Below, in pieces: positions 1 to 8,855 of a stretch of 64,000 nt of DNA (the stretch's first letter is position 1; each line of letters begins with the position of its first letter). Source of the DNA: Spirochaetia bacterium. Lineage in GTDB: Bacteria > Spirochaetota > Spirochaetia > UBA9216. The DNA lies in the NCBI GenBank assembly GCA_963675665.1, contig OY776510.1, forward strand, positions 288,001 to 352,000, read 5' to 3'. The notes under the pieces are model-generated. The model searched no databases, had not been told where the DNA came from, and saw only the letters and a program-made list of their open reading frames with translations. The translations under genes and the position numbers were made by a program.

Positions 1-135
1 CCCTGTTTCCGCTACATTGCTTCCGGTAATAACCATTGCTCTTTTACCGTAAGCGGCGGCGGCTTCACCGATTCTTCCGAGAGAATCGTCTCCAAGATGT
101 GTTTTAACCGGTACATTAAAAACAACCTGCTGCAT
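1..135 (-). CDS. Iron-containing alcohol dehydrogenase family protein, 5' part (runs off window)
   Basis: Manual translation MQQVVFNVPVKTHLGDDSLGRIGEAAAAYGKRAMVITGS, typical Fe-ADH N-terminus; GGAGG RBS at 141-145. Confidence 0.7.
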   Translation of the reverse strand, partial: MQQVVFNVPVKTHLGDDSLGRIGEAAAAYGKRAMVITGSNVAETG

Positions 136-148
136 TAATTCCTCCTGT

Positions 149-186
149 AAAAAAAAAGCAGAAAGCGCTTTGCAACACTCTCTGCT
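149..186 (-). terminator. Intrinsic terminator after flgM
   Basis: AGCAGAGAGTG..CGCTTTCTGCT hairpin followed by a T9 tract on the minus strand. Confidence 0.8.
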
Positions 187-207
187 GAACAATCAATACT
201 GTAATGA

Positions 208-492
208 TTATGATAGACCGAAAGCGTCCATAATTCGATCTGCAACTTCTTCAATCTTGCTGTCGATATAGCCGGGGTCCTGCAGCTTTTGCTTAACCTC
301 TTCAACCCTGTCCATTCTGATGTCGGGCGAAGATTTCACAAGCTCCGTAGCCCTGTAGATCTCTCCCAGATTCTTGGCTTCTTCAGACACGGAGATCGTG
401 TCCTTGGCTTCGGGTTTTACAGCTTTTTCTGTTTTCCCGGTTTTATTAAGTTTTGATAATGGATCTATCGGTCCAAGTCTATCTATCGTCAT
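208..492 (-). CDS. flgM: Anti-sigma-28 factor FlgM
   Basis: 94 aa with DTISVSEEA and PDIRMDRVEEVKQKL..GY motifs of FlgM. Confidence 0.88.
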   Translation of the reverse strand: MTIDRLGPIDPLSKLNKTGKTEKAVKPEAKDTISVSEEAKNLGEIYRATELVKSSPDIRMDRVEEVKQKLQDPGYIDSKIEEVADRIMDAFGLS

Positions 493-516
493 TTCAGAAC
501 CTGCCTTCCAATAATA

Positions 517-544
517 ATATCGGCACTCCTTAAGTTATATATTA
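517..544 (-). promoter_or_regulatory. Putative sigma-28 promoter of flgM
   Basis: TAAT-N16-GCCGATAT on the minus strand just upstream of flgM. Confidence 0.65.
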
Positions 545-1231
545 ACCCTTTTTCTTTCCGGAAACAAGTACAGAAAACTCACCTTTTACTTTTTCCCGGT
601 CATTAAGGAGCCCAAGGACTTCATTCACCGGTCCTTCCAGAAATTCTTCATGAATCTTGGTCATTTCCCGGCCCACAAGAATTTCCCGCTCAGGAAATAA
701 ATCGGCAATATCCGTTAAAAGCTTGATGATTCTAAATGGAGATTCGTAAAATATCACTGCTTCCGGGCGATCAAGCAGTTCGCGCAGTCTTTTCCTTCTG
801 CGGCCCGGCTTGGGGGACAGAAACCCCTCGAATGTAACAGCTTTATCCGGAAAAGCCCCGACGCTGACAAGAGAGGCAAAAGCCGAAGCTCCGGGAATCG
901 GAACTACCCTGAACCCGGCATCCCTCACGGTCCTGACAAGACGCCCTCCCGGATCACTGATTCCCGGCGTTCCGGCATCAGACGCATATGCAGCATCAAG
1001 CCCGTCGGTCAGCATCCCGATAATCCGTTCAGCGGCCTTTTCCTCGTTGCCCGATCGGCAGCTGACAAGTTTTTTACTGATGGAATACGAATTAAGCAGC
1101 TTCAGCGTATGACGGGTATCTTCACAGGCGATTACATCAACTTCTTTCAGAACATCAAGCGCTCTCAGCGTAATATCTTTCAGATTACCTATCGGTGTAG
1201 CTACAATATACAAAGCTCCGGCTTCTTTCAT
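542..1231 (-). CDS. rsmI: 16S rRNA (cytidine1402-2'-O)-methyltransferase RsmI
   Basis: LYIVATPIGNLKDITLRA, ACEDTR, SDAGTPGISDPG, FYESP and RELTK-like motifs; start moved to ATG at 1231. Confidence 0.95.
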   Translation of the reverse strand: MKEAGALYIVATPIGNLKDITLRALDVLKEVDVIACEDTRHTLKLLNSYSISKKLVSCRSGNEEKAAERIIGMLTDGLDAAYASDAGTPGISDPGGRLVRTVRDAGFRVVPIPGASAFASLVSVGAFPDKAVTFEGFLSPKPGRRRKRLRELLDRPEAVIFYESPFRIIKLLTDIADLFPEREILVGREMTKIHEEFLEGPVNEVLGLLNDREKVKGEFSVLVSGKKKG

Positions 1232-1333
1232 ACGGCAAGTGTCCACCTGATCAGATGAAATGTCAACCCGAAGAATTTATACGGAAAAAATTAAAAACCG
1301 TGAGTTTCATGCAGCTCATCCGATAATCAGAAC

Positions 1334-1762
1334 ATGAATGAACTTAACGGGCTTCATATAGCCGTTCTGATTATCTCCGGTATTCTGCTGCTGGTTCTTT
1401 TATTTTACCTGCTGAGGACCGGAAAAATGGAAAGGCCCACCCGCTCACGCCGAAAAAAAGCTGAACCGGGTTCTTCGGACAATGTAAAACCCTGCCCTCT
1501 CTGCGGGAAAATGCTGCGTCCGGGAGAAAGAGTGCATTCGGTGCTTTATCCGGGCTCTCCCGACAGCATGATGGAGATTTTCGGATGCCCTTACTGCGAG
1601 ACGGCGGAAAACACAAGAATATGCCCCGTCTGCAAAAAAGAAATGCCTCATGACGCAGTTCTTATCGCCAGGGTTTTTGAGAAACCGGGGAAAAAGCATG
1701 TGCACGTCCTGGGATGCAGCAACTGCTACAGCGGCCGGAGCAAACCCCGAAAAACCGGCTGA
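1334..1762 (+). CDS. Membrane-anchored hypothetical protein with four CxxC motifs (zinc ribbons)
   Basis: N-terminal TM helix; CPLC, CPYC, CPVC, CSNC. Confidence 0.75.
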   Translation: MNELNGLHIAVLIISGILLLVLLFYLLRTGKMERPTRSRRKKAEPGSSDNVKPCPLCGKMLRPGERVHSVLYPGSPDSMMEIFGCPYCETAENTRICPVCKKEMPHDAVLIARVFEKPGKKHVHVLGCSNCYSGRSKPRKTG

Positions 1763-1832
1763 CGGAAATCTAAACCGTTAAAAACTCAAATAGTTATTTG
1801 ATTAATCCGCAAGCCGGGTTAAAATTATAGCT

Positions 1833-2918
1833 ATGGTAACAAAAGAAATGATAAAAAAACTGCCCAAGGTGGAACTTCATCACCATCTCGACGGCGGAGT
1901 AAGACCGGCAACAATAGTAGATCTGGCCGAAAAGGCGAAAATCGATATTCCGGACCATGATCCCGAGAAACTGGCGGACTGGCTTCACAGAGGAGCCGAT
2001 CGAAAGAGCCTTGCTCTTTACCTGGAAGGTTTTGCGGTAACATGCGGGGTCATGCAGACGAAAGAATCGCTTACCAGGGTTGCCCGTGAAACACTTGAGG
2101 ATCTTGCAAATCTGAACGTCAAATATGCTGAAATACGATTTGCACCGGTTCTTCATACTGAAAAAGGAATGAATCTCGAAGAGATTGTAAAGGCTGTCCT
2201 GATCGGAATGGAGGAAGGTCGTCAGCAGTTCGGTATCGATTACGGTGTCATCCTGTGCGCAATGAGACATCAACCTGCAAACGTGTCGCTTGAAATGGCC
2301 GAGCTGGCCGTATCTTTCCGAGACAGGGGCGTGGTGGGATTCGATATCGCAGGCGATGAACACGGCCATCCCCCAAAAAGACATCTTGATGCTTTCCAGC
2401 ATATCAGAAATAAAAATTTTAATATAACTATTCATGCCGGAGAGGCGTTCGGGATCGAATCCATCTGGCAGGCCCTGCAGATCTGCGGAGCTCACAGAAT
2501 CGGACATGCAACCAGGCTTCTTGAAGACATGGTTGTTTACGGCACGAGGATAGAAAAGATGGGCTCTCTTGCCGATTTTATACGCGACAAGCGTATTCCG
2601 CTTGAAATGTGCCTTTCCTCCAATATTCAGACAGGTGCAGCGCCGTCGCTTGACGAGCACCCGTTCCACACTTATTTTAGAAACGGGTTCAGGGTTACAC
2701 TTTGTACTGACAACCCGCTGATGAGCGATACGGATATTGTCAAGGAAATGAGCCTTGCCGCGGAATACTATAATTTGTCCATCAGAGACCTTGAGAAAAT
2801 TACGCTTAACGCGATGAAATCAGCGTTCATCCATTACGACGAACGTCTGCGTATAATATATGATGTGTTAAAACCCGGGTTTTCAAAGATTCGGGAGGAA
2901 ACAAACCCTACCGAGTAG
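1833..2918 (+). CDS. add: Adenosine deaminase
   Basis: LPKVELHHHLDG, FDIAGDE, TIHAGE, RIGHA and CTDNP motifs. Confidence 0.93.
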   Translation: MVTKEMIKKLPKVELHHHLDGGVRPATIVDLAEKAKIDIPDHDPEKLADWLHRGADRKSLALYLEGFAVTCGVMQTKESLTRVARETLEDLANLNVKYAEIRFAPVLHTEKGMNLEEIVKAVLIGMEEGRQQFGIDYGVILCAMRHQPANVSLEMAELAVSFRDRGVVGFDIAGDEHGHPPKRHLDAFQHIRNKNFNITIHAGEAFGIESIWQALQICGAHRIGHATRLLEDMVVYGTRIEKMGSLADFIRDKRIPLEMCLSSNIQTGAAPSLDEHPFHTYFRNGFRVTLCTDNPLMSDTDIVKEMSLAAEYYNLSIRDLEKITLNAMKSAFIHYDERLRIIYDVLKPGFSKIREETNPTE

Positions 2919-2920
2919 GA

Positions 2921-2981
2921 ATAACACTGAACCTGACTGTTCAGTGTTATCTTGAAGTTTAAAGCTGGAGCCTTTAAACTT
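2921..2981. terminator. Two perfect hairpins downstream of add
   Basis: ATAACACTGAAC/GTTCAGTGTTAT (12 bp) and AAGTTTAAAG/CTTTAAACTT (10 bp). Confidence 0.55.
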
Positions 2982-3002
2982 CCCCGGTAAAAAGGGGGCA
3001 GG

Positions 3003-4187
3003 ATGAAAATCTTCAGGCTTTTTCTATTTCTGACAACCGTCTCAGTTATGTCCGCAGCGGGACTGACTGCGGAACCTCTGCGTATCTCGGTCCTGTACTT
3101 CCATAATACAGCCGAATCAGAACCTCTGAACTGGCTGGAAAAAGGACTTGCGGACATGCTGCTTACGGATCTCTCACTTTCGAAGGATATCATGGGTATT
3201 GAACGGGAACAGCTTGAAAAGATTATAGCTGAACAGAAATTCTCATTATCAGGGGTCACCGATGATAATCAGAGTATAGAGATTGGAAAGCTTCTTGCGG
3301 CTGAAATCCTTCTGACCGGAAGTTTCTTAGAATCCGGAGGACTTCTGCGTATCGACTGCAAGCTACTGGATACTGAAACCGGAGAACTCCGGGGTGCTGT
3401 GAAAACGGAAGGCAGTATTTCCGGCGTTTTCAGTCTTGAATCCGAAATTGCAATAGGGGTTTTTTCAGCTCTGGGGTTTGAAATACCGGAAGGACTGGAA
3501 AGCAGTAAATCAGCTTCGGTCACGGCCGCGGAATCGTACTACCGTGGACTGGATCTTTTCGATATGGGAGAATATGATCGCGCGGTAGAGTATTACCGAC
3601 AGGCCGCACTCGAGGATCCTCAATATGAAAAACCCCGCGCGGGGCTCGAAGAATCTTATAAATTCCTGAAAGATTTCAGGAAAATGCGCTACCAGAGGGA
3701 GATTAACAAGCTGCTTGCCGATGCCGAAATTCTACGTTCAAGACTTGATACCGAGCCATGGCTGACCTATGCAGAATTTATTATGAATGCATACAGAAGC
3801 GGTACTACCGATAATGAGGAACTGACCAGGCAGGCAGAAGCGCTCGGCCTGTTCAGCGGGGAAAATCCGGCCACCTGTGCATGGAACCTGCAGAATATAC
3901 TGCAGGAAACTGCCGATCTGTCGCTTGAATACTTTAACGATGAAGAACTGGCGGACTACGCTTACCGGGAAATAGTCAGTATAGCGCGCGACGCCAGGAC
4001 CCGATATAAGGATGATGCGTTTCTGCCCGAACTGATTTACCAGGAACTGCTTGTTACATTTTACAGGGATAAATGGGAAGAAAGCCTTGTTCTCTGTGAA
4101 GAATTGATGCTTAACTATCCTGAATACAGAATGATGTGGGCCGTTGAAGATTTTTATGAGAGTTCACTCGAAAACCTCGGGCAATAG
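3003..4187 (+). CDS. Exported CsgG/TolB-N-like domain plus TPR protein
   Basis: Signal peptide; ISVLYFHN..GLADML..ERxQLEKII.EQ..IGKLLAAE..GSF pattern followed by TPR helices. Confidence 0.7.
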   Translation: MKIFRLFLFLTTVSVMSAAGLTAEPLRISVLYFHNTAESEPLNWLEKGLADMLLTDLSLSKDIMGIEREQLEKIIAEQKFSLSGVTDDNQSIEIGKLLAAEILLTGSFLESGGLLRIDCKLLDTETGELRGAVKTEGSISGVFSLESEIAIGVFSALGFEIPEGLESSKSASVTAAESYYRGLDLFDMGEYDRAVEYYRQAALEDPQYEKPRAGLEESYKFLKDFRKMRYQREINKLLADAEILRSRLDTEPWLTYAEFIMNAYRSGTTDNEELTRQAEALGLFSGENPATCAWNLQNILQETADLSLEYFNDEELADYAYREIVSIARDARTRYKDDAFLPELIYQELLVTFYRDKWEESLVLCEELMLNYPEYRMMWAVEDFYESSLENLGQ

Positions 4188-4378
4188 AAAAACAGGACCG
4201 TCTACGACGGCCCTGTGTCGAGGATTATCATCCGGTCAGATTACAGGGTAGAAAGACTTACCGGAACCCCGATATTCACCATTTAACAATATTTTGATGA
4301 ATACAACAAGCCCGTAAGCCGTCCGTAAAATCAGGTTATTTTATAATTTACATCCGTATAAAAGACTAAACAGACAGC

Positions 4379-4840
4379 ATGCTTCTTCCGATCATTAAAG
4401 CGATGTATTACCAGCAGACCTTAACAGAAAATTTTATATCCTCTCCGGCACAGGCTGATATTTCAAGCCGTATAATTGATGAGCTTCGTGAACTTTATTA
4501 CGGGCATTTCGATAATTACCGCTTTATTTCGCTGCTTGAACAGAATGCATTTGAAACTTCCCGCCTGCGCTACATCCGCAACATGCTTGATATCCAATCG
4601 GTGTACAGCACTGAAACAGCCGTATTCACCGAAGGGATAGAAGCAGTAGAAGAAGTAATTCTGACGTCGAAACGCTACCTGCTTCCCGCATTGAGAGACA
4701 AACTGGGTATTTCCGGGTTTTCCGGCAATAAAGCAGGATCAAAAGACGAGAGGGTTATGAGAAATCTGTTTTCATATACATTTCCGTACAACCTTCAAAG
4801 ACTTGAAGAACTTATCAATGAACTGAAAAATAATTTATGA
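4379..4840 (+). CDS. Hypothetical protein, translationally coupled to the SMUG1-type UDG
   Basis: 153 aa ORF whose end overlaps the next ATG at 4837. Confidence 0.65.
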   Translation: MLLPIIKAMYYQQTLTENFISSPAQADISSRIIDELRELYYGHFDNYRFISLLEQNAFETSRLRYIRNMLDIQSVYSTETAVFTEGIEAVEEVILTSKRYLLPALRDKLGISGFSGNKAGSKDERVMRNLFSYTFPYNLQRLEELINELKNNL

Positions 4841-5568
4841 ATAAATCCGAACAGCTTAAAAAAGCGGCAAAAAAACTCTCCGCCGGCGTTTCAAAACTGG
4901 AATTCATTCCGGAAATCACTCATATATATAATCCGCTGGAATATGCATGGAAAGCCCATGAAGCCTACCTCGAACTTGCAGGGAACAGCAGCAAGCGAAT
5001 CATCTTTGTCGGCATGAACCCGGGGCCCTGGGGGATGGCCCAGACCGGTGTTCCGTTCGGAGAAATAAATGCTGTAACAGTATGGCTTGGCATCAGAACG
5101 GAGGTAGGCACGCCGGCAGCCGAACATCCGAAACGTCCTGTAACCGGGTTTTCCTGCACCAGAAGCGAAGTCAGCGGGAAACGCTTGTGGGGCCTGATGG
5201 AACAGAAATTCGGAAAACCGGAAAAATTTTTTATGGAGCATTACGTTGCCAATTACTGCCCCGTAAGCTTTATGACCGAAACAGGAAAAAATTTCACTCC
5301 CGACAAGCTGCCTAAAGAACAACAGCGGAGATTATTTGATCTCTGTGATCTTCATCTAAAAGAGACTGCCGAAATTCTTGAAGCAGAATGGCTTCTGGGT
5401 ATAGGAAAATTTGCCGAACAGAGAATCAATTCGGCGCTTAAATCAGAAATTGCAGAAGGCACCGTTAAATCAGGAACAATTCTGCATCCCAGCCCGGCCA
5501 GCCCGGCGGCCAACCGCGGATGGGCCGAAGCGGCTGAAAAAAAGATGAACGAATACGGCCTTTGGTAA
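4837..5568 (+). CDS. SMUG1-type (family 3) uracil-DNA glycosylase
   Basis: GMNPGPWGMAQTGVPFG, RSEVSGKRLW, NYCP and HPSPASP motifs. Confidence 0.92.
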   Translation: MNKSEQLKKAAKKLSAGVSKLEFIPEITHIYNPLEYAWKAHEAYLELAGNSSKRIIFVGMNPGPWGMAQTGVPFGEINAVTVWLGIRTEVGTPAAEHPKRPVTGFSCTRSEVSGKRLWGLMEQKFGKPEKFFMEHYVANYCPVSFMTETGKNFTPDKLPKEQQRRLFDLCDLHLKETAEILEAEWLLGIGKFAEQRINSALKSEIAEGTVKSGTILHPSPASPAANRGWAEAAEKKMNEYGLW

Positions 5569-5754
5569 AAGGCCACCTTTGGTAAAAGGCCACCTTTGGT
5601 AAAAGGCCACCTTTGGTAAAAGGCCACCTTTGGTAAAAGGCCACCTTTGGTAAAAGGCCACCTTTGGTAAAAGGCCACCTTTCGTAAAAGGCCACCTTTC
5701 GTAAAAGGCCACCTTTCGTAAAAGGCCACCTTTCGTAAAAGGCCACCTTTCGTA
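5559..5754. repeat. 17-bp tandem repeat CCTTT(G/C)GTAAAAGGCCA, 11 full units and one partial
   Basis: Seven G-type units (5559-5677), four C-type units (5678-5745) and a 9-nt partial; no spacers. Confidence 0.97.
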
Positions 5755-5771
5755 TATACCCCTGGCAAGTG

Positions 5772-6827
5772 TTATTCTGTTTTCTCCGGAAAAAAACTGT
5801 CGAACATCATCATCAAAGAATCAAGCGCTGCCGAACTCTGAAAAGATCGTTCTATCATGCCCTTTGCTCCGCGAATCATTTCAAAAGCCCTGCTCTGTGC
5901 CCGCTCTATGCTTCCGGAACCATTGAGCATAGTTATAACCTTCTCTATATGTTCAGTACCTTCTTCAAATCCCAGTTCCGAAGCCTTTAAAAAGTGTCCG
6001 GCCAGCACGGGAACAGAATCAGGATCAGCCATTGCGTGAAATATAACCGGCAGGCTTTTCTTGCCTTCAACAATATCATCTCCGCGATTTTTACCCGGAT
6101 TTCCGGTTGTAAGATTTTTTACATCATCTATTATCTGAAATGCTACTCCCGCGTCTTCAAAAATATCACCAAGACTCATACATGTATTCGGATCCGTACC
6201 GCCTACTGCAAAACCAATCTGTGCGGCAAGACGCGACAGCGAACCGGTTTTAAACCTGCACATCTGCATGTAGTCTTCAACAGCCGGATAAAACTCATGG
6301 TTGTTGTGCCATTGAATATCAAGCCCCTGACCGAAATGCAGACGCCGCAGATTTGTCGTATAGTAACGGTAAAGTCTGAGCTTAAGTTCGTCATCCAAAT
6401 CGCTCTCGTCAATCAGAAAGGTAGGAAGAAAATAAAGCAGATTGCCGGTATTAATAGACATGTCTTCGCCGTAGATCTGATGAACGGCCGATTTGCCACG
6501 TCTCATATCCGCCTTATCTTCAATATCATCAATGATAAGACTGCCGTTATGCGGGAATTCCACTACAGGGGCAAGAGGCAGAACTTCTTCGGCGCTTCCT
6601 CCGGCCAGTTGACAGCACAGCACCATTGAAACAGGCCGCCATCTCTTGCCTCCGCGGTTTAACAACTCAATAGCAGGCTGATTAATCCTGTTGAATAATT
6701 CTTCCTTTACCCTGCTTTTTGTCGGTCCTGCTGCTCTTGCGATCCATCCCGTATCAGCAATTGAAGGAATTACTCTTGCGATAACCCCTTCTACCTTATC
6801 AAGGATTTCCATATAATATTTGTCCAT
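5772..6827 (-). CDS. Polyprenyl diphosphate synthase
   Basis: GGKRWRP, DDIED..RRG (FARM), GQGLD, KTG and FQIIDD (SARM). Confidence 0.92.
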   Translation of the reverse strand: MDKYYMEILDKVEGVIARVIPSIADTGWIARAAGPTKSRVKEELFNRINQPAIELLNRGGKRWRPVSMVLCCQLAGGSAEEVLPLAPVVEFPHNGSLIIDDIEDKADMRRGKSAVHQIYGEDMSINTGNLLYFLPTFLIDESDLDDELKLRLYRYYTTNLRRLHFGQGLDIQWHNNHEFYPAVEDYMQMCRFKTGSLSRLAAQIGFAVGGTDPNTCMSLGDIFEDAGVAFQIIDDVKNLTTGNPGKNRGDDIVEGKKSLPVIFHAMADPDSVPVLAGHFLKASELGFEEGTEHIEKVITMLNGSGSIERAQSRAFEMIRGAKGMIERSFQSSAALDSLMMMFDSFFPEKTE

Positions 6828-6865
6828 GGTATACTAGAAACCATAAAGAAGGGAGTTACGTCAAT

Positions 6866-7480
6866 ATGTCCAGGCAAAGATCGTCAAAAAGAAGCGAGTT
6901 AGACCATTATTCATTACAGGCAAAAAAGGAAGGCTACCCTGCCCGGTCGGTGTATAAACTTGAAGAACTGAACAGCAAGTTTAAAATCTTCAGTCGCGGC
7001 AGCAGAATACTCGATATAGGCGCAGCACCCGGCAGCTGGAGTTTATACTGCCTCCGGAAAACAGCTGAAAACAGTATTATAGCTGCCGTCGACCTTAAGG
7101 AACTTACCATAAAAAATGACAAGCGCCTGTTCTTTGTTCAGGGAGATTTCTTCAATGACGAAATTCAATCTCAACTGCTTGAAAAAGGCCCTTATGATGC
7201 CGTTATAAGCGACGCAGCACCGGCAACTACCGGCAACCGGACGGTGGACGCGGGCAGATCTTTCTCTCTTGCCGCGGGCATAATCGGAATTGCCGATAAA
7301 ATGCTAAAAAACGGCGGAAATATCGCAATTAAAATATTTCAGGGCGGCGATGAAAAGGAGCTTGTCGGAATGCTTAATGAGAACTTTGAAACAGCAAAAA
7401 GCTTCAAGCCGAAAGCATGCCGAAAAGAATCTTTTGAAACATATATAATAGGTTTGAACTTCAATAATCTGCCGAATTGA
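6866..7480 (+). CDS. rlmE: 23S rRNA Um2552 2'-O-methyltransferase RlmE/FtsJ
   Basis: GYPARSVYKL, DIGAAPGSW, SDAAP and KPKACRKESFE. Confidence 0.93.
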   Translation: MSRQRSSKRSELDHYSLQAKKEGYPARSVYKLEELNSKFKIFSRGSRILDIGAAPGSWSLYCLRKTAENSIIAAVDLKELTIKNDKRLFFVQGDFFNDEIQSQLLEKGPYDAVISDAAPATTGNRTVDAGRSFSLAAGIIGIADKMLKNGGNIAIKIFQGGDEKELVGMLNENFETAKSFKPKACRKESFETYIIGLNFNNLPN

Positions 7481-7552
7481 ATGGAGAGTATCTCTATGGT
7501 AATTCTTTAAAACTGCAGTTTTAGAGATTCTCGGAATTTAAATTTCCCTGTA

Positions 7553-7580
7553 TCAATTTTTTGGAAATATCAGCCGAAAT
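7553..7580 (+). promoter_or_regulatory. Possible sigma-28 promoter of the TPR-NlpC/P60 pair
   Basis: TCAA-N16-GCCGAAAT about 30 nt before the ATG at 7610. Confidence 0.4.
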
Positions 7581-7609
7581 TATACCGAGAGCAAGTGAGG
7601 AATTGACTG

Positions 7610-8179
7610 ATGAATGCAAACGCAATTGATATAGCTGAAAACCTGATACTTACCGGTTATCTTAGAGAAGCAAAAAAAATTCTTTCTACAATACTGCTGG
7701 ACGAACCGGACAACGACAGAGCAGTCTGTTACATGGGCATCATCCTTACAGAGACAGGCGAAAACGACAAAGCCATAAAAACTCTGGATTATTATATTAG
7801 AAAACATCAGGACAACCCCGAAGCATGGGAAGCCCTGGGCTGTGCATGGTTCAAGAAAGGTGACCTGCTGAAAGCTGAAGAATACCTGCACCGGGCTGAA
7901 AAACTTAACCCGGAAAGCCCTTCAGCACTCAGAAATATCGGTGTGCTCTATGGCATTCAAAATAAAACCGAGGAATCTCATAATTATATAATCAAATCCT
8001 ATGATCTTAATCCGTATGACTACCGCACTTTGTATGCTCTGGCATATTCATATTTAAATCAGAAAAAATACGAAGATGCCAGACTGGTAATCGAAGAAGC
8101 GCTTTACCTGGATTTTCCGGAGAATATCAGAAAAGAACTTGAACTGATATACACAAAAATCCAGATAAACTGGATTTAA
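7610..8179 (+). CDS. Tetratricopeptide repeat protein
   Basis: Consecutive TPR units (P.N..A....G, AW..LG, AL.N.G). Confidence 0.85.
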   Translation: MNANAIDIAENLILTGYLREAKKILSTILLDEPDNDRAVCYMGIILTETGENDKAIKTLDYYIRKHQDNPEAWEALGCAWFKKGDLLKAEEYLHRAEKLNPESPSALRNIGVLYGIQNKTEESHNYIIKSYDLNPYDYRTLYALAYSYLNQKKYEDARLVIEEALYLDFPENIRKELELIYTKIQINWI

Positions 8180-8853
8180 TGAAGATTTTTTTTAAAATTC
8201 CAAGTTTTCTGATTCTTGCAGTGATGATGACCGCCCTGGTTTCATGCTCAACTGTTCCGGAAGAAACATGGATCGAAGAAGATTTTCAACAGCCTGAAGA
8301 CAGAACAGCTATTCAGGATAAACTTGTCGAATCGGCCGGACACTATATAGGAACTACTTCCGGAACATTAAAATCGGACGACAGGAATTACTGTCTCGAC
8401 TGTTCGGGTTTGATGCTTGCCATTTACTACCGGGCCGGTATTGACCTGGAAAAATGTTATGCAAAATATCTCGGAAACGGAGTTAAACGGCTTTACAGCT
8501 GCCTGAGGGATCACAAGCTTATTTTCAATACAAAAACACCTCAGGCAGGCGATCTGATCTTCTGGGATAATACCTGGGACCGCAACGAAGATCGGGAATT
8601 CAACGATTATTTTACGCATACCGGAATTGTTGTCGACGTAGACAGCGAAGGCACCATAACCTATGCCCACCATAACTACCGGCAAGGCGTCGTATACGAG
8701 AAAATGAACCTCAGATACCCTAACGATACAAGCCTGAACTCTCCGATGCGGATGCGGGGCTCGCCCCCTGCCCCTGAAGGCCAGTACCTGGCAAGTCATC
8801 TGGTGCGGGTTTTCGGCAGGGCATGGCAACTGCCGAAAAAATTTATGCGTTGA
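8179..8853 (+). CDS. NlpC/P60-family lipoprotein (cell-wall peptidase)
   Basis: Lipobox LVSC; LDCSG, GDLIFW and HTGIV catalytic Cys/His motifs. Confidence 0.85.
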   Translation: MKIFFKIPSFLILAVMMTALVSCSTVPEETWIEEDFQQPEDRTAIQDKLVESAGHYIGTTSGTLKSDDRNYCLDCSGLMLAIYYRAGIDLEKCYAKYLGNGVKRLYSCLRDHKLIFNTKTPQAGDLIFWDNTWDRNEDREFNDYFTHTGIVVDVDSEGTITYAHHNYRQGVVYEKMNLRYPNDTSLNSPMRMRGSPPAPEGQYLASHLVRVFGRAWQLPKKFMR

Positions 8854-8855
8854 GC

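Noticed and set aside
1794-2669. 291-aa minus-strand ORF and similar long antisense ORFs (5994-6629, 36508-37248, 49131-49721, 49706-50332)
   Set aside because: They lie opposite well-supported genes and look like codon-bias shadows
2918-2953. Integron attC site (AAC...GTT hairpin)
   Set aside because: Too short, no extrahelical bases, no integrase or cassette array
4230-4270. Purine riboswitch (TTTCTACC on the minus strand)
   Set aside because: Other conserved aptamer elements are missing and there is no downstream gene on that strand
5559-5754. CRISPR array, or repeat-encoded proteins (ORFs 5352-5768, 5465-5746, 5470-5712)
   Set aside because: Units are contiguous with no spacers and no cas genes are nearby; the ORFs are stop-free readings of the repeat in three frames
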